Shown here in pieces: positions 1 through 26,422 of a stretch of 64,000 nt of DNA; position 1 is the first letter of the stretch, and each line of letters starts with the position of its first letter. Source of the DNA: Chrysomallon squamiferum (lineage: Eukaryota > Animalia > Mollusca). The stretch lies in contig CM022669.1 in NCBI GenBank assembly GCA_012295275.1, forward strand, positions 9,238,001 to 9,302,000, read 5' to 3'. Both the position numbers and the translations under genes were made by a program. Below the pieces are notes generated by a model. That model was not told the DNA's origin, ran no database searches, and saw only the letters and a program-made list of their open reading frames with translations.

Positions 1-506
1 TACTGATACATTCCCTCTGAAAATAAGAATTAAAAAAAATACATTACATGTTTACTGTATGTTGTTCTCTTTCTTCATATTAAATGATTTTAGTATTTTA
101 TCTGTTTATGGTTATACATCATACTGTTCTATAAATAATGTAAAGTGCTTCATGTAATTCTGTGGAAGACTAAATCAATGAAGGGAGTTACCTAGGCAAC
201 ATGTACCAGTAATAATACTGCATTCGCGCCTTATAAATATAAACGTTATTTTTTAAACATGCATTCTTTAAAACGTGAATATATGATTTCATTACTTTAT
301 CTTTCCGACTTTAACAAAAAAAAAAAAAAAAATTCAAATCAGATTTTTTTTTTCCTATCTCATTTTTGACAAGATATATAAACCACTTTAATATAAAACA
401 ACCATAAACGGTAATTCTTTACTTATTAAAATGTTACTCGTTTGAAAGATACAACATTTAATTACGATACTACAAGAAAAACAAAATTCAACTAAGTACT
501 CACCAT
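1..506 (-). CDS. TUBA: Alpha-tubulin A0, 5' part only (exon 1 ATG 504-506; intron 17-503; exon 2 starts at 16 and runs off the window)
   Basis: Minus strand reads ATG|GTGAGT at 506-498 and TTTCAG|AGG GAA TGT ATC AGT (R-E-C-I-S) at 16-1. This is the MREC start split by an intron after codon 1, typical of animal alpha-tubulins. Near-identical to the A1 locus at 11091-12117. Confidence 0.9.
187..200. promoter_or_regulatory. RFX X-box in intron 1 of tubulin A0
   Basis: GTTACC-TA-GGCAAC matches the consensus GTNRCC(N0-3)RGYAAC exactly. Conserved in the paralog at 11275-11288. Confidence 0.6.
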
Positions 507-529
507 GTTGAATTTTGATTTTCAAACTG

Positions 530-560
530 ACTGGGAAACTTGATGATTTCCTTTCGCAGT
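530..560 (-). promoter_or_regulatory. Conserved 5'-UTR stem-loop of A0
   Basis: ACUG-cgaaa-GGAAAU-[CAUCAA]-GUUUCC-CAGU; the same fold is possible in all five tubulin 5' UTRs. Confidence 0.55.
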
Positions 561-1007
561 GTAAATCGTGGAATGGTCATTTTGGCGCCAAGTCACGTAC
601 TTATGCTGTATCTGCTAGCAACCGGTTTGTTGTAGTTACTTTTCTCTCTCTCTGTCTCGTCACTGGCCATAATTCACTCGAGTTGCTTCCCTTGGCGCAT
701 TCATTGCGTAATGCGTAAATAGGAGTCTATGAAGAAACGCGTTTGGGATTGTTGGGAAAGACATATCGAGGACTGAACAAAGTGGTGAATCATCGTGGCG
801 GCGTGATACACTAGAATTTCAAGTCTCAGCACAGACACTGCCTTGTCCCGCCTTAATTTCAATATTTTATACACAGGGCCGTTCCACGTTATTTGATAAC
901 CGGAGGAGGGATGGTGTTCAAACTGGCTTGTTTTTGAATGTGTCAAGAGTTTTATAATATTATTGTGTGATGTATATGTGTATGTTTCACTTAAGCAAAG
1001 GCTAAAA

Positions 1008-1059
<52 letters not shown>

Positions 1060-1196
1060 TTTTAAGATGCAGAATACATTGTTTTCTTATTTGTTTATTT
1101 TATTTATTATTTGTTTCTTTATTATATTTTATTTTATATTTTTATTATTTTTATTTTCTTAATTTTTTTTTCTGATTTCTTTCTTTTACTAATTTG

Positions 1197-1242
<46 letters not shown>

Positions 1243-1612
1243 CACCATCATCATCATCATCACTGATGTCTGTTTAATACAATATACGTGAATATAATAT
1301 TTCTACTGTGTAATTACTGATATAAATATGTTCAGCTGTCCATAAGCAAATATTTACTAATGTTCAGCTTAATTACTTAATCTGTAATTAAAACGCTTAA
1401 AAAACAACAAAAAAAAAACAACAACAACAAACAACAACAATACTCTGACTGTTCGAGTCTACAGTCCTATTAATTGTAATACTTTTTTCATTAAATTAAC
1501 ACATAATCAAAAATCAAAATATTTATCTCATACATAATTATATATTTTTGTGTGGGTGTGGTAGATTGCTATTTTTATTCTTATTTTTGTTTCCTTTTCT
1601 TCTTTGGTTTAA

Positions 1613-1681
<69 letters not shown>

Positions 1682-2714
1682 CTAATCTTGGTGCAGCTTT
1701 TAAACTATTATTTTCTTTTATTATATATATTTCCTAATAGTCTATTTATTTATAAAATTAAATATTTTGACATGCTGACAAAATAACAAAATTTACTTCA
1801 TTAACCGCGAATACCGGTAAAACATGCTGACACACGAATAGAAAATAATTTCAAATTGCCGCCATTTGTAAATGTGTCATTCCTTTATTTTGACAATTAT
1901 TCACTAAAAATAATATCTTTCTTTATAGCGAAGCAGTAAATCGAAAACAGTAAAATATTCGAATTACAGTAATACAAAAATATTAGTACCTTAGTTATTA
2001 TTACTATTACAAAGACAGAACTTATTTTCGCATTTGAAAAGAAAGGGCGTAGACTTATGGCGTTGTTTGGCAATGTGTGCAAATCTATAATGCATCGGGT
2101 TGGTGGTATTTCTCTGACGTCACACCACATTGAAGGAATGTTATTCAGCGTTGTCGCGAGAGCCGTTTGTTTGCTGTTAGTTTATGTTCAAATAATGTTA
2201 ATATACATGAACTTTGACCGCTGAAAAAATTAACTGACGTATAACTACGATAGAACAATGCTTTTAAAACATACGTAAGTAAACAAATAAATAAATAAAT
2301 AAAACAAAAGTGGATTAAACCTAAGGATTAAAATACATTTGAACCTTAATGCTGTATTTATTCCATTTACTTTTGTTATGTTATTTTAATTATTCTTCCT
2401 CTACAATACACACACACAGATTTATATGCATGATACATACGTATACAGATCTATATTGTAAGTAAACCATATTTATTAGGTCCAAGTTATTAAGATTGAT
2501 ATTAAATTACGTTATCTGAATATTTTCAGCATTAGTTTTCATTCAGCGTTTAGTTTTTAATATATATTTATTACGTACTACCATACTATTGTATGTATAC
2601 TGAAACTCACTCTTTAACACACACACACACACACACAGTTCACGTACATACACATACACATACAAAGTCCTTTATTACTATTATTATCATCATCATTAGT
2701 AGTAGTAGTATTAC

Positions 2715-2760
<46 letters not shown>

Positions 2761-3530
2761 TGTCTGAAACATATACTTTGTAGTTTTTCGTAAGAAAGTG
2801 TGATAAATATAAAACAGTACACACACATTCTTACAGTATAACCTACATTAAAACCATTAACTGAGGAAAAAAATGGCTTTTGACAGATACTGAGCTGGAG
2901 TTTTATTAATTTATTTTAATAGAAAAAAAAAGTATAAAATAAAAATAAAAAATTTTTTTAAAAAAATTAAAAAAATTAAAAATAATTAAAACATAAGTCC
3001 ATAAAATGACGTGCGAAATTACGGCTTGTATCTACTTGCTTTGTTTGTTTGTCGTTGCCAGGATCTCTTATCAACGGTTGTCTTTGATAATCGGGGTCGT
3101 TGTGAAGTTTTCAGAGGTTAAGAACAACGCGGCGTTATCCCAGTGACAATTCACAAGCCTGAAAGACGTGCACTGACACATTTATTGTGGTAGGTTCTCA
3201 CCATACAGACGACCCGAAACACAAACCTCTACCCAGTGTGTCTACGGCAAGGTGCGGTTCTAGTTTAAAGTAAATTTAAATGGGGTATGGACTGCGTGAT
3301 AGTGTTTTTAAATATGACTTTAGCTCTTGTATTTGTTTGAGAGGAAAATTAAAAACAGGTATTTTTGATATTGATGGTGGATATGTTTGTTTATATATTT
3401 ATTTATTTATTTATTTTTTTATCTGTTCGTTTGTTTATTAATACTTCTTCAATAAAATGTATTAAAATTTCACTGCCATATAATTAAGTTGTATTTGAAA
3501 ATGTTCTGTCTCTCCCTTTCACTATCACAT

Positions 3531-3581
<51 letters not shown>

Positions 3582-4065
3582 AAGACGTACAAACACACAG
3601 GCAACATTCAATACAAATAAACATTCTTTCTTTCTCTTAATCATACAGCCAGACATGCACAAACAAACACACAAATCATTTATATACATACACCACCACA
3701 AACAAACACAAACTCTCCCACTCTTTGTGTCCAACAATGTTTTTCATTTGCAGTCAGGATCACATGTACGGTAGTATATCATTCTTCATACGTGACAGGC
3801 AATTTCAACGGGAAAATACACCAAAGCACCTATCTTATGTTAATTAACAGCAGCACACAAAGCCAGCTAAGAATTAAATCTTCATTTGCTTCTGTGCCAA
3901 ACAAACAGAATCGATTTCTATGCATGAGCGACCAGATTTTAATATTAATGACATTAATTTTTCTGTGTCGTTATACAAGCAGGTGAAAAGAACGAAAGTT
4001 ACACCTGCAAATTTTTTCATCAGAGAAAGACATCAGTCATCTTTACAGAAGTGACAACTGAATGA

Positions 4066-4124
<59 letters not shown>

Positions 4125-5185
4125 TAATAATATTAATAATAATAATAATAACAATAATAATATTGTGATGTCGACGATGATGATAAATAACATAAAAATG
4201 AACTGATATAGATGATCATAATAACAATAATAAAAAAAATATTAATAAAACATTCAATTTGAAAGACAATTATTAAATGTTTGTCGATCACGCCAGTTTA
4301 TCGACGTGATCATGTAGATGAGAAAAGGCGGCAAACCCGCCATTACTGCCACCTCGTGTTCAGACACACTTGAGCGGGTGTCCTTTGATAATAATAAAAA
4401 AAAATATATTTTTAAATTTCTCGGCCTGGTTGTAACACAGTCAGGTGAGGTCATGCACTACGGGGAGCGAGTTCAAAACAACAAATACGTTCTGTTTTCT
4501 AATGTTACAAATAAAAAAAAATAAACTAAAAAATTAGATTTTAAAATGTATTTTTCTGGTCACTTGTTAATTTCTGAGTTTAATAATCATAAATATTAAA
4601 ATTAAATGAAATTTAAAAAAAAAAATGAAGTAGTGCTGAAGACCAGAAGAACGCAATACTGAACAGTAAAGTATTCACTGTAAACCGGTTTTTGTCGCCT
4701 TCAAGCTTGTTCGATTGACCTACTTTTTGGCTTCGTATTGAGATTAAGTAAACATTACGTGAGGAAAATATGCAAACTGTCGCGTGACCCCACAGCGTGA
4801 CAGGTGAAAACATTTCCGAAGTCTGCTTTACTAGCCCTCTACACTTTCGAAAAATTAACATAACTACGTGACTCTTTATCTTATTTAATATTTTAATTTG
4901 GCTTAATTTGTCTTGGGTATAATTTTACCTATTAATATCAGGCAAAAAAAATTAAATTTGTATGCCACGTCATATTTCCCATTCAATACAGACAAGGAGA
5001 AAATGAATTCAAATTACCGTTGTCGTGTTACCGTATTTGCAGATGATTAAGTTGTCACTAAGCGAATTCCATTACTTTTGAGGAAAAAATGCATTGTTGT
5101 TCAGCCTTAGATAGTACGTAACTAAAACTAATAAAACGTTGTTGTTGTTATTATTATTATTTAAAGTTCATTTTCTCTGTTTCAG

Positions 5186-5794
<609 letters not shown>

Positions 5795-6197
5795 TAACCC
5801 ACTGTGTCACGAGGATACATTTTTTTAATGTGCTGTAATGTTTTAGTCATGTTCAAACGTTTACGTTCTCGTTCGGCCGGTAATTGTTCATGAGAAACAT
5901 GTGACGTGCCTTTCATGTAGAACTATTTTAATACGTGACGTAGCCAGTAAGATTCCGCTTTACTGTCTTTGTACTTAGTGAACCTGAGAGAGCAGTAGAA
6001 CATTTTATAAACTCTCTTAGTGTGTGTAGTGTGTTTACATATTCAGTACAAATTTTGTATCAAGCTTGATTATAAATAATTTTTATGCATGACTGAAAAT
6101 GTTATCTGAAAAAACCGAAGAATGGATTTATGTTAAAAGAGACATTATTCAAGAAATAAATATATTTACCAGTGTTCGTACGTACATTAATAATCAA

Positions 6198-6325
<128 letters not shown>

Positions 6326-7851
6326 CCTTGTCTTGTTTGACAAGAGATTGTATAACAAAAGTACATTCCAAAATATGTATTTTGTAGTTCTATTTGTTTT
6401 CATTCAGCCAAGTGGGAATTAAATTTCATTCAGCCAAGGAAGATTTAGTGGGAATTAAATTTCCTTTGTGTTTCTAGGACGATATGTTTTACATAAATCA
6501 TTGATATTCAATAACGTTTAAATTAGTAAAATATGCAGTCTATAGTTATTATAAAATAGATCTTTTGTCAAAGCCATTTGACTGATTTATTTATTTATTT
6601 GTTTGTTAATTTATATTGTTTATTACAATTGTTTAGTACAATTATTTGTTTTAGTCTATTAACAGTCCATACGATGAAAGGATGGACGGATGGATGGATT
6701 CAGCCTCGTAGCCTCATGAAAAAGTGGATTCTAGTAAATTGCTAAAATGAAATTTATGAAAATCTTCAAGATAAATATTTCAGGTCAGAAAGGTTAAACA
6801 AATTGTTTTAAATATAACCATAAGTCACCGTAAAACTGGAAAACTATTTTCATATCCAAACTCTACAGAGCTTGAGTCTCCGTTCTTTAACCATCCAGAC
6901 TACATTTTGTTTTTTTTAATTCGAAATTGTTGCGAGAGTAAATAGTTTTGTAAAACGTATGAATGTACTATTACTGTGATTTACAGACTGAATGAAAAAT
7001 TAATAAACAATGTGTATGTACAATGCAACATGACATGTCAATAAAAATGTTTACTGAATGAAGTGCTTGAGTTTTAACTGTGATATCTGTGTCTAATATT
7101 TTACTCATAATATGAATATCAGTCATTTAATTGTATGTTGTTTTTCTTATTATTATCTATCCATTCTTTGTGCTTCTCTACATCAGTAAGCTGATGTTTG
7201 ACTGTTTTGTCTAAACGGATCACATAAATACACATTATATTACCTGTTTGCATTATCACGCACACACTCTAACAGGCCTGTGTTTTGATCTGCATCTATG
7301 ACAACAACCAACTGTCATTATTACGTCATAGCCGCTGTTTAACTGAGACATTATCTAACGTAATTACTGTGCGTTACGTCAAACACGGTTAACAGCTAAT
7401 AAACACCGCTCACTTCTTAAAAGTAACGCTGTCGTTTAATTACCTCTTAACCGGAGTCATCCGGTTTCGTATAAACTAACATACGTCACTCAGAGACGAA
7501 TCCACGGTATGCAAAGAGTGTGGACTTAGGGATCGTTGCATGTGAAAATAATTTACCTACCGCTGCATTCATTATTAATGAAATGAAACCGGAATAGTTA
7601 ATTAATGGAGATCGTATGATAGATAACACACAAACAAATAAGAAATCTATTACGATCGAGATAGTGAGAAATATTATTCAACACCACTCACAGAGTGTGT
7701 TATTACGTATGTACATCACTGATGAAGTGAGTAACAGGGCGTGGTCCGAAATAAGATACAGTAAGACTGTGTGTGAATATTATTATTAGTTTTATTTTCT
7801 GAAATGACCGACCAATTTTGCTAATTCCAGCAATACCATAATTTATTAGTG

Positions 7852-7888
<37 letters not shown>

Positions 7889-8164
7889 CAGAAGATAAAA
7901 ATCTGCACTGCGTTAATTTGTTATGGTTTCTGTCCCTGCACGTTTTACATGAAAGTTTACACGACACCACTTCATTTACATCATGTAGGTTCCATTAATT
8001 TTTAAATTATTTTAATATTGTTTTGCTGAAATCATCTTTAATGAAGAAATCATAATACTCAGTTAAACATTTATATTTTATTCCTTTTACTGAAGAAGAA
8101 GAAGAAAAGAAAATAATTCCAATACTTATTAAAACTGGTATTAAAATAAATTAATTGTTTTTAC

Positions 8165-8196
<32 letters not shown>

Positions 8197-9478
8197 TATT
8201 CTTATATAAACACTGGTTAGTTACGTATTTCAGAAGTTGAGTTGAGTTGTTGTTTTTTTCACCAGCAACTTGTCCCAGTTTTCCAGTGAGGCTGAACGTA
8301 CGTGTCAGAATGTATCAGAATGAAGAGAACTGAACCGCGCAGTTTTTCGTTCAGTGTCTCCGAAAAAACGAGCTTTTATCAGTAAATTATGTCTAGTTAA
8401 GTTTAAATTACACGCTTGATTAACTCACTCTCATGCTCTTCGAGATTCGTGAGCCATGCAAAATGCGACAAGCGAATATGAACGAAAACTTCACCTGAAA
8501 AAAATCACTGATGGAAAAATTAATCTGTGCGTGTGTGTGTGATTGTGTACGTATGTTTATTAGATCGTGTGTCGGCCGTCGATGCTGGCTATCGACTAAT
8601 TATGTATAATTATGTATAATTAGCAGCATATTCATACTCATTCATCAGATGTAACAAACTAGTTACAAACATTACAGAGCCTTCGCCTGTACAAGTGAGA
8701 CTACGCATCCAAGATTAACATCTTTACTGCAACTGTCAACTGAGAATTGTTTCAATTATTTATCATCTTTATTTTATTTTATTTTAAACAATTTTATTTA
8801 TTTTAATTTTTAATTTTTTTGTAAGTTTGTAAGCGACATACATATTATTTATTTTGCTTCTTTGTTGTCTTTTTGTGTGTGTGTGTGTGTTAAGGTGGCT
8901 TATAAGATGGCTTATTTCGCTGTGAGTTGACATAAACTTGAGATCTCTTTTCTCAACAGTTCGCCTAACAAGAACACTAAACACTACAAGAGAACAAGTC
9001 GTTACTTATTCTCAGTCATGTACTACATTATACGCCTGACTGCTTTACTGCATAATTTTCTCCTTGAAGTTTGAATGTCAACCGATAAACAAAGAGATTA
9101 TTTACACACAAGGTTACAACTAAAGTCAACAGTGCTCGCGTACGAAAATACCTCAGTAAATATTACATAAAATACAACCTATGATACCTGCTTAATCTCT
9201 CTCTCTCTCTCTATATATATATATCTGTATAAATTCTTACCTAAGTCACACCTAATACATGAATATTCAAAAGAAAAACAAATACATATCAAATTTCACA
9301 AAAATTATTTAATTTCTTTTAAAAATTGCGTATCGTTGCTTTAAAAAATTGCGTTTCGTTTCTTATTGCTGTTTACAATGAGTTAATTTTAAAATTAGGA
9401 TAATTATATCACAGTCAAAATGTGAAGAATTCTAAGTTAAAGGAAACTGTCCATATAGAAAATATCACAGCCTCATGT

Positions 9479-12117
<2,639 letters not shown>

Positions 12118-12474
12118 GTTGAATTTTGCTTTTTAAACTGACTGGGAAACTTGATGATTTCCTGCGCAGCGTAAATCGTAGAATGGCCATTTTGGGGTCA
12201 AGTCACGTACTTATGCAGTATCTGCTAGCAACCGGTTTGTTGTGGTTACTTTTTTCTCTCTCTGTCTCGCCACTGGCCATAATTCACTCGAGTTGCTTCC
12301 CTTGGCGCATTCATGAGAGTAAATGAGAGTCTACGAAGAAACGCGTTTGGGATTGTTGGGAAAGAAAGACACATCGAGGCCGAACAAACCTGTGACTCAC
12401 CGTGGCGGCGTGATACACTTGAATTTCATACACTTGAATATATGTGTAATGTTTCACTTAAGCAAAGGCTGAAC

Positions 12475-12522
<48 letters not shown>

Positions 12523-13060
12523 CTTTTTTAAGTAGCAGAATACATTGTTTTCTTATTTCTTTATTTTATTTCTTATTTCTTTCTTTATAATATTTTATTT
12601 TATATTTTTCTTATTTTTTTATATTATTTTCTTTATTTTGTTCTTATTTATTATTTTTGTTTACTAATTTGTTGTTCTTGTTGTTGTTGTTATTATTATT
12701 ATTATTATTACTGATGTCCATTTAATACAATATACGTGAATATAGTATTTCTACTGTGTAGTTACTGATATAAATATGTTTTGCTGTCCATAAGTAAATA
12801 TTTACTAATGTTCAGCTTAATTACTTAACCTGTATTAAAAAGCCTTAAAAAAACAACAATAGCCAGACTGTTCGAGTCTACAGTCCTATTAATTGTGATA
12901 CTTTTTTCACTAAATTAACACATAATCTAAAATCAAAATAATCTCATATATAATTATATCTCTATAATTTTTTTTAAATTTTTTTTTTTTTTTTCCGTGT
13001 GGGTGTCGTAGATTGCTATTTTTATTCTTATTTTTCTTTTCTTTTCTTTCTTTGGCTTAA

Positions 13061-13122
<62 letters not shown>

Positions 13123-14439
13123 CTTGTTGCAGCTTTTAAACTGTTATTTTCGTGTGTTTATAGACTTTTTCTTTTTACATATATTTTTCCTAATAGTCTA
13201 TTTATTTATAAAATTAAATATTCTGACATGCTGACAAAATAAGAAAATTTACTTCACTAACCGCGAATACCGGTAAAACATGCTGACACACGAATAGAAA
13301 ATAATTTCAAATTGCCGCCATTTGTAAATGTGTTATTCGTTTGTTTTGACAATTATTCACTAAAAATAATATCTTTCTTTATAGCATAGTAGTAAATCGA
13401 AAATAGTAAAATATTCGAATTACAGTAATACAAAAATATTAGTACCTTAGTTATTATTACTGTTACAAAGACAGAACTTATTTTCGCATTTGAAAAGAAA
13501 GGGCGTAGACTTATGGCGTTGTTTGGCAATGTGTGCGGTAAACACCAAGGGAGGTTACTGCAAATCTATAATGCATCGGGTTGGTGGTATTTCTCTGACG
13601 TCACACCACATTGAAGGAATGTTATTTATCGTTGTCACGAGAGCCGTTTGTTTGCTGTTAGTTTATGTTCAAATAACGTTAATATTCATGAACTTTGACC
13701 GCTGAATAAATTAACTGAAGTATAACTAAGAACAATGCTTTTAAAACATATGTAAGTAAGTAAATAAATAAATAAATAAATAAATAAAGTGGATTAAACT
13801 AACGATTAAAATACATTTGAACCTTAATGCTGTATTTAATCCATTTACTTTTGTTATGTTATTTTAATTATTCTTCGCACTCAATACACACACACAGATT
13901 TATATGCATGATACATACGTGTACAGATCTATATTGTAAGTAAACCATATTTATTAGGTCCAAGTTATTAAGATTGATATTAAATTACGTTATCTGAATA
14001 TTTTCAGCATTAGTTTTCATTCAGCGTTTAGTTTTTAATATATATTTATTACATACTGCAATACTATTATAGATATACTGAAACTCACTCTTTTAACACA
14101 CACACACACACAGTTCACGTACATACACATACACATACATACACACACATAGATATACACACATATACACACACATACATACACATACAGATTTACACAC
14201 ATACAAACACACAGAGATAACTGATGGAAGTATTTTATGTTTAGAATCATATTTGTACACATTATAACCTCATGGATAGCATACTCTGTTAATTTTACCC
14301 TTGTCAATATAATACATTTTTTGAAATGGTACATAACTGTATGAACATTTCTTTACCTTACATGAACCGTTTCATTAATCTTTACAAAGTCCTTTATTAG
14401 TATTATTATCATGATCATCATTATTATTATTAGTAGTAC

Positions 14440-14478
<39 letters not shown>

Positions 14479-15810
14479 CATCATCATCATTATTATCTGT
14501 CTGAAACATATACTTTGTAGTTTTTTCATAACAAAGTGAAGTAAATATATAACAGTACACAGACATTCTTACAGTATAACCTACATTAAAGCCATTAATT
14601 GAGACACAAAATGGCTTGTGACAGATACTCAGCTGGAGTTTTATTAATTTATTTTAATAGAAAGAAAAAAGAGATAAAATAAAAATAAATAAATATAAAA
14701 AAAATAAAATAAAATATAAGTCCATAAAATGACGTGCGAAATTACGGCTTGTATCTACTTGCTTTGTTTGTTTGTCGTTGCCAGGATCTCTTATCAACGG
14801 TTGTCTTTGATAATCGGGGTCGTTCTGAAGCTTTCAGAGGTTAAGATCCACGCGGCGTGATCCCAGTGACAATTCACAAGCCTGAAAGACGTGCACTGAC
14901 ACATCTATTGTGGTAGGTTCGCACCATAGAGACGACCCCAAACACAAACCTCTACCCAGTGTGTGTACAGCAAGGTGCGGTTCCTGATTAAAGTAAATTT
15001 AACTGGGGTATGGACTACGTGATAGTGTTTTTTAAGAGGAAAATTAAAAACAGGTATTTTTGATATTGATGGTGTATTTGTTTGTTTGTTTATTTATTTA
15101 TTTATTTATTTATTTGTTCGTTTATATATTTCTAACTTCTTCAATAAATTGTATTAAAATTTCACTGCCATATAATTAAGTTGTATTTGAAAATGTTCTG
15201 TCTCTCCCTTTCACACGCACACGCACACTCACACACAAACACAGACACATACACACACACACACATACACACACACATACACATGCACACATACACACAA
15301 AAAGAAGTACACACAAGAAGTACACACAGGCAACATTCTATACAAATAAACATTCTTTCTTTCTCTTTATTATATGTACGCACGCACAGCCAAACATGCA
15401 CAAACAAACACACAAATCATTTATATACATACACCACCACAAACAAACACAAACTCTCCCACTCTTTGTGTCCAACAATGTTTTTCATTTGCATTCAGAA
15501 TCACATGTACGGTTGTAGATCATTCTTCATACGTGACAGGCAATTTCAACGGGAAAATACACCAAAGCACCTAACTTATGTTAATTAACAGCAGCACACA
15601 AAGCCAGCTAATAATTATATCTTCATTTGCTTCTGTGCCAAACAAACACAATCGATTTCTCTGGATGAGCAACCAGATTTTAATATTAATGACATTGATT
15701 TTTCTGTGTAGTTATACAAGCAGGTGAAAAGAACGAAAGTTACACCTGCAAATATTTTCATCAGAGGAAGACATCAGTCACCTTTAGAGAAGTGAGAACT
15801 GAATGAAAAA

Positions 15811-16070
15811 TAATAATAATAATAATAACAACAACAACAACAACAATAACAATAATAATAATAATAATAATAATAATATTAATATTAATAATAAAAATAA
15901 TAATAATATTAGTAATAATAATAACAATAATAATAATAATAGTAATAATAATAATAATAATAATAATAGTAATAATAATAATAATATTAAGATTAATAAT
16001 AAAAATAATAATAATATTAATAGTAATAATAATAATAACAACAATAACAATAATAATAATAGTAATAATA
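15811..16070. repeat. (AAT/AAC)n compound trinucleotide microsatellite
   Basis: Visible repeat; expanded relative to the paralogous tract at about 4067-4160. Confidence 0.9.
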
Positions 16071-16208
16071 AGAATATTTTGATGTCGACGATGATGATAA
16101 ATAATATAAGAATGAACTGATATAGATGATCATAATAACAATAAAAAAATATTAATAAAACACTGAATTTGAAAAGGCAATTATTAAATGTTTTACAATA
16201 ATATTTAG

Positions 16209-16279
<71 letters not shown>

Positions 16280-16705
16280 TTTATTTATTAAATAAAATTT
16301 CATTTTTATTTTTACTTACTATGATAAGAGTTGAAATCAGTAACAAGTAATAATTTTAAAAAAAAATTCGAAATAACTTCACGGAAGTGTATTTATAAGT
16401 TAATTCTTTTCAAGCGGTGAATTATAAACCGTTTAGTTTTCTTGTCACACCTCCACCCCCACCAAAATCCTCCCAGCGTCCGTACAGTCATATCCATATA
16501 TGGTCAGTAAATAGAATTTGATTTACTTAGAGACCAACATAACACAAAAGAAGAAAAATGGCTACACATACTGCATCTAAACATTTGACCCGATTGTTAT
16601 GTCTGTTCGATGAACCGGTAACTCGGCGCTATTACGGAACGAGAAGGCAAGGGAGGCAACTGGACCAGATTATTAATTATTCTTTTGTTGTTAGCGACAA
16701 GACGG

Positions 16706-16786
16706 TATAAAACCGGTGAAGGTGGGCTTTTTGAATACATTACCAGTTTTTAGCTGAGAAAGGAAACCATTAAGTTTCTGCTGCAG
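16706..16786 (+). promoter_or_regulatory. Core promoter and 5'-UTR hairpin of A2
   Basis: TATAAAA at 16706-16712, Inr-like ACATT/CCAGTT about 30-38 bp downstream, hairpin 16753-16786, ATG at 16804. Confidence 0.65.
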
Positions 16787-16803
16787 ACTACTAACTAATC
16801 AAA

Positions 16804-19544
<2,741 letters not shown>

Positions 19545-21023
19545 ACAGTCATGATTGTTCACATGGACTAAGTAACACTAAAAATAGTTTGGTTCAATAT
19601 TAACAACAGTGATCAATAAAAAGAATAAAGTGAAAGAAAGAATCAGTAAACTCGTTATTTGTTTTTTATATATTAGTTTGATATATATATATATATATAT
19701 ATAGTTAGGTAGATATATAGATACACATTTTTACATTTTTAAATTTTTAAAGTTTTGTATTTTCATTTAGAGTGGAAGCGCACGTTAGTACACAGATATT
19801 CATTGTCACTTACTTGTACAGGAATGCATAATAAGAATAGGACATACTGGAGAGAAGAAAAACTTTTTTTGTGATGGTTATTTTTTATTAAAGTATTTTC
19901 CATGACATGGATTAATCTTGTGTAGGAGTCGGGTCATTTAACTTCAACCGTCACTGGTTATAAAGATGAAATATTTACAACTATGGGTTAATATTCTAAT
20001 ATAATTATGAAAATCTGTATCCAAATTATAAAACAGCGAAATATTTCGTGGGTATACCAGAAAGTTAAATATATATTTGAGACACTAATCTTGAGTTTGA
20101 AATCTACCATGTGTTCATCTTTAGCGTTTTTCCTTTTAAAATTCATTTAAGGGCCAACTCTTAGACGCAACCATATTTTTAATTAGGGTTATCTTAAGAT
20201 TATTTTATTGTTATTTTTCTTTTCTTTATTGATTATAGGTAATCAATGCAAACTGTATGTGTGTGTGTGTGTGTATGTATGTGTGTGTGTGTGTGTTGCA
20301 GTGGGAGATAGGTGGTAGATCTGTCCAATGGATATGGTCTCATTTTCATTATGCTAAAGATTTTGAGCGTCTTGTAAATTAAATGTGGCAGCTTTCTCTC
20401 TGTTATATAAAATTACATGCAGTTAGTAAAATAGGCCTAAATCTTTCCCTGCTTTAATGAAGCGATGATGATGATGAGATGAAGATGATGATGATAATTA
20501 TAATAATATCAAATAGGTCAATTTAAAGAAAAAATACTATTAAAATTTATTTGACTCTAGATTCTTTTGTAGAGAAAACTGAAATTATTTTTCTTATTAA
20601 TATTTCTTCTTCATCTTCTTATTTCTTCTTTTTCTTCTTCTGATTAACAGAATTAGCACAAACGCTAACTGCGTTAAACACGGCATCGATTAGGTCTCAA
20701 GGGTGTGTGAATGAAAAACAATAAACATTAATGAAATTAATGGAATAAATAATGATGCCCGAATAATTGCTTCCCCTGGCAAGGAACCCGTTTATTGCAA
20801 ATTGATCTCATGATGGTCACAATGAGTTTATGGGAGATAACTCGAAAGATAATAAAATTGGGTTTTCGTTAGCATCTGTCGTTGTTGCGGTTGCCGTTGC
20901 CAACTATTTCTCTCAGAAAAGGTACAAAAGTGAAAAATGCAGTCATTGTTTTCAGAAACAGTTTTAAGCTGAGGAGGAAACCATTACGTTTCTGCAGCAA
21001 TTCAGTTTCATACTCTGATCAAA

Positions 21024-25472
<4,449 letters not shown>

Positions 25473-25834
25473 GCACTGACGGAAATTGGCGAGAATGCCC
25501 GAAGACGCAGAATTTTGATATTAAGAGAAAAAATGTAATAATAATAATAATAAATAATAATAATAATAATAATATTCATAATAATAATAATAACTAAATG
25601 AGAAAATAATTTAAAGGCAGTTTGTTTTTGTTGTTGTTATTATTTTAATCGCTACACTACTGATGTTTGTGCTGTACTTCCTCATAAAAGGTAATCTGTT
25701 AAATGTAAATATTAAGATTTTTACATATGGAAGCTAATTTATTAACTTTATAGACATTAAAACATATTTCTGCTTGATTTCTTCTTTTGGTTTTTCTTCT
25801 GCTTCTTCTGCTTAATCATCACAATCCAATAATG

Positions 25835-25890
<56 letters not shown>

Positions 25891-26321
25891 ACAAAGGGAC
25901 AACACACACCACACACACACACACACACACAGACGCACACACACACTCTACTGATTACAATACTAATGAGACTTAAGCTCTAGGAAGCCGATCGCAGAGA
26001 GGCCCCAGAAGCGACGTAAGAGGACATTTCTTAAAAATGTTAATCAAAATCTGAGACGTGTCCAAAGTTTTAAAGGCTGTCATGTAACAGAAGGAGATAC
26101 AGCAATTATCCAGAACTTCTTGCTGCTTGCGAATGGCCCCCATACCTGTTTAATCTTCAGGGCCCCAAAAATTTTAGATCCGCCACTGCTAAAATACTCG
26201 TGTGAGAATCGTTCAGCTACGAAGTAGAGTATTATTCTGTTTGACAAACCAGTTTTCAAACAAAGGAAAATAAACAAAAGATGATTGAACATGAAGCCCT
26301 GAGTACTGATATCTACAGTCA

Positions 26322-26422
<101 letters not shown>

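Noticed and set aside
16753-16786. 5'-UTR hairpin as a canonical iron-responsive element
   Set aside because: The loop is CAUYRN rather than CAGUGN and the unpaired C bulge is absent; reported as a distinct element instead.
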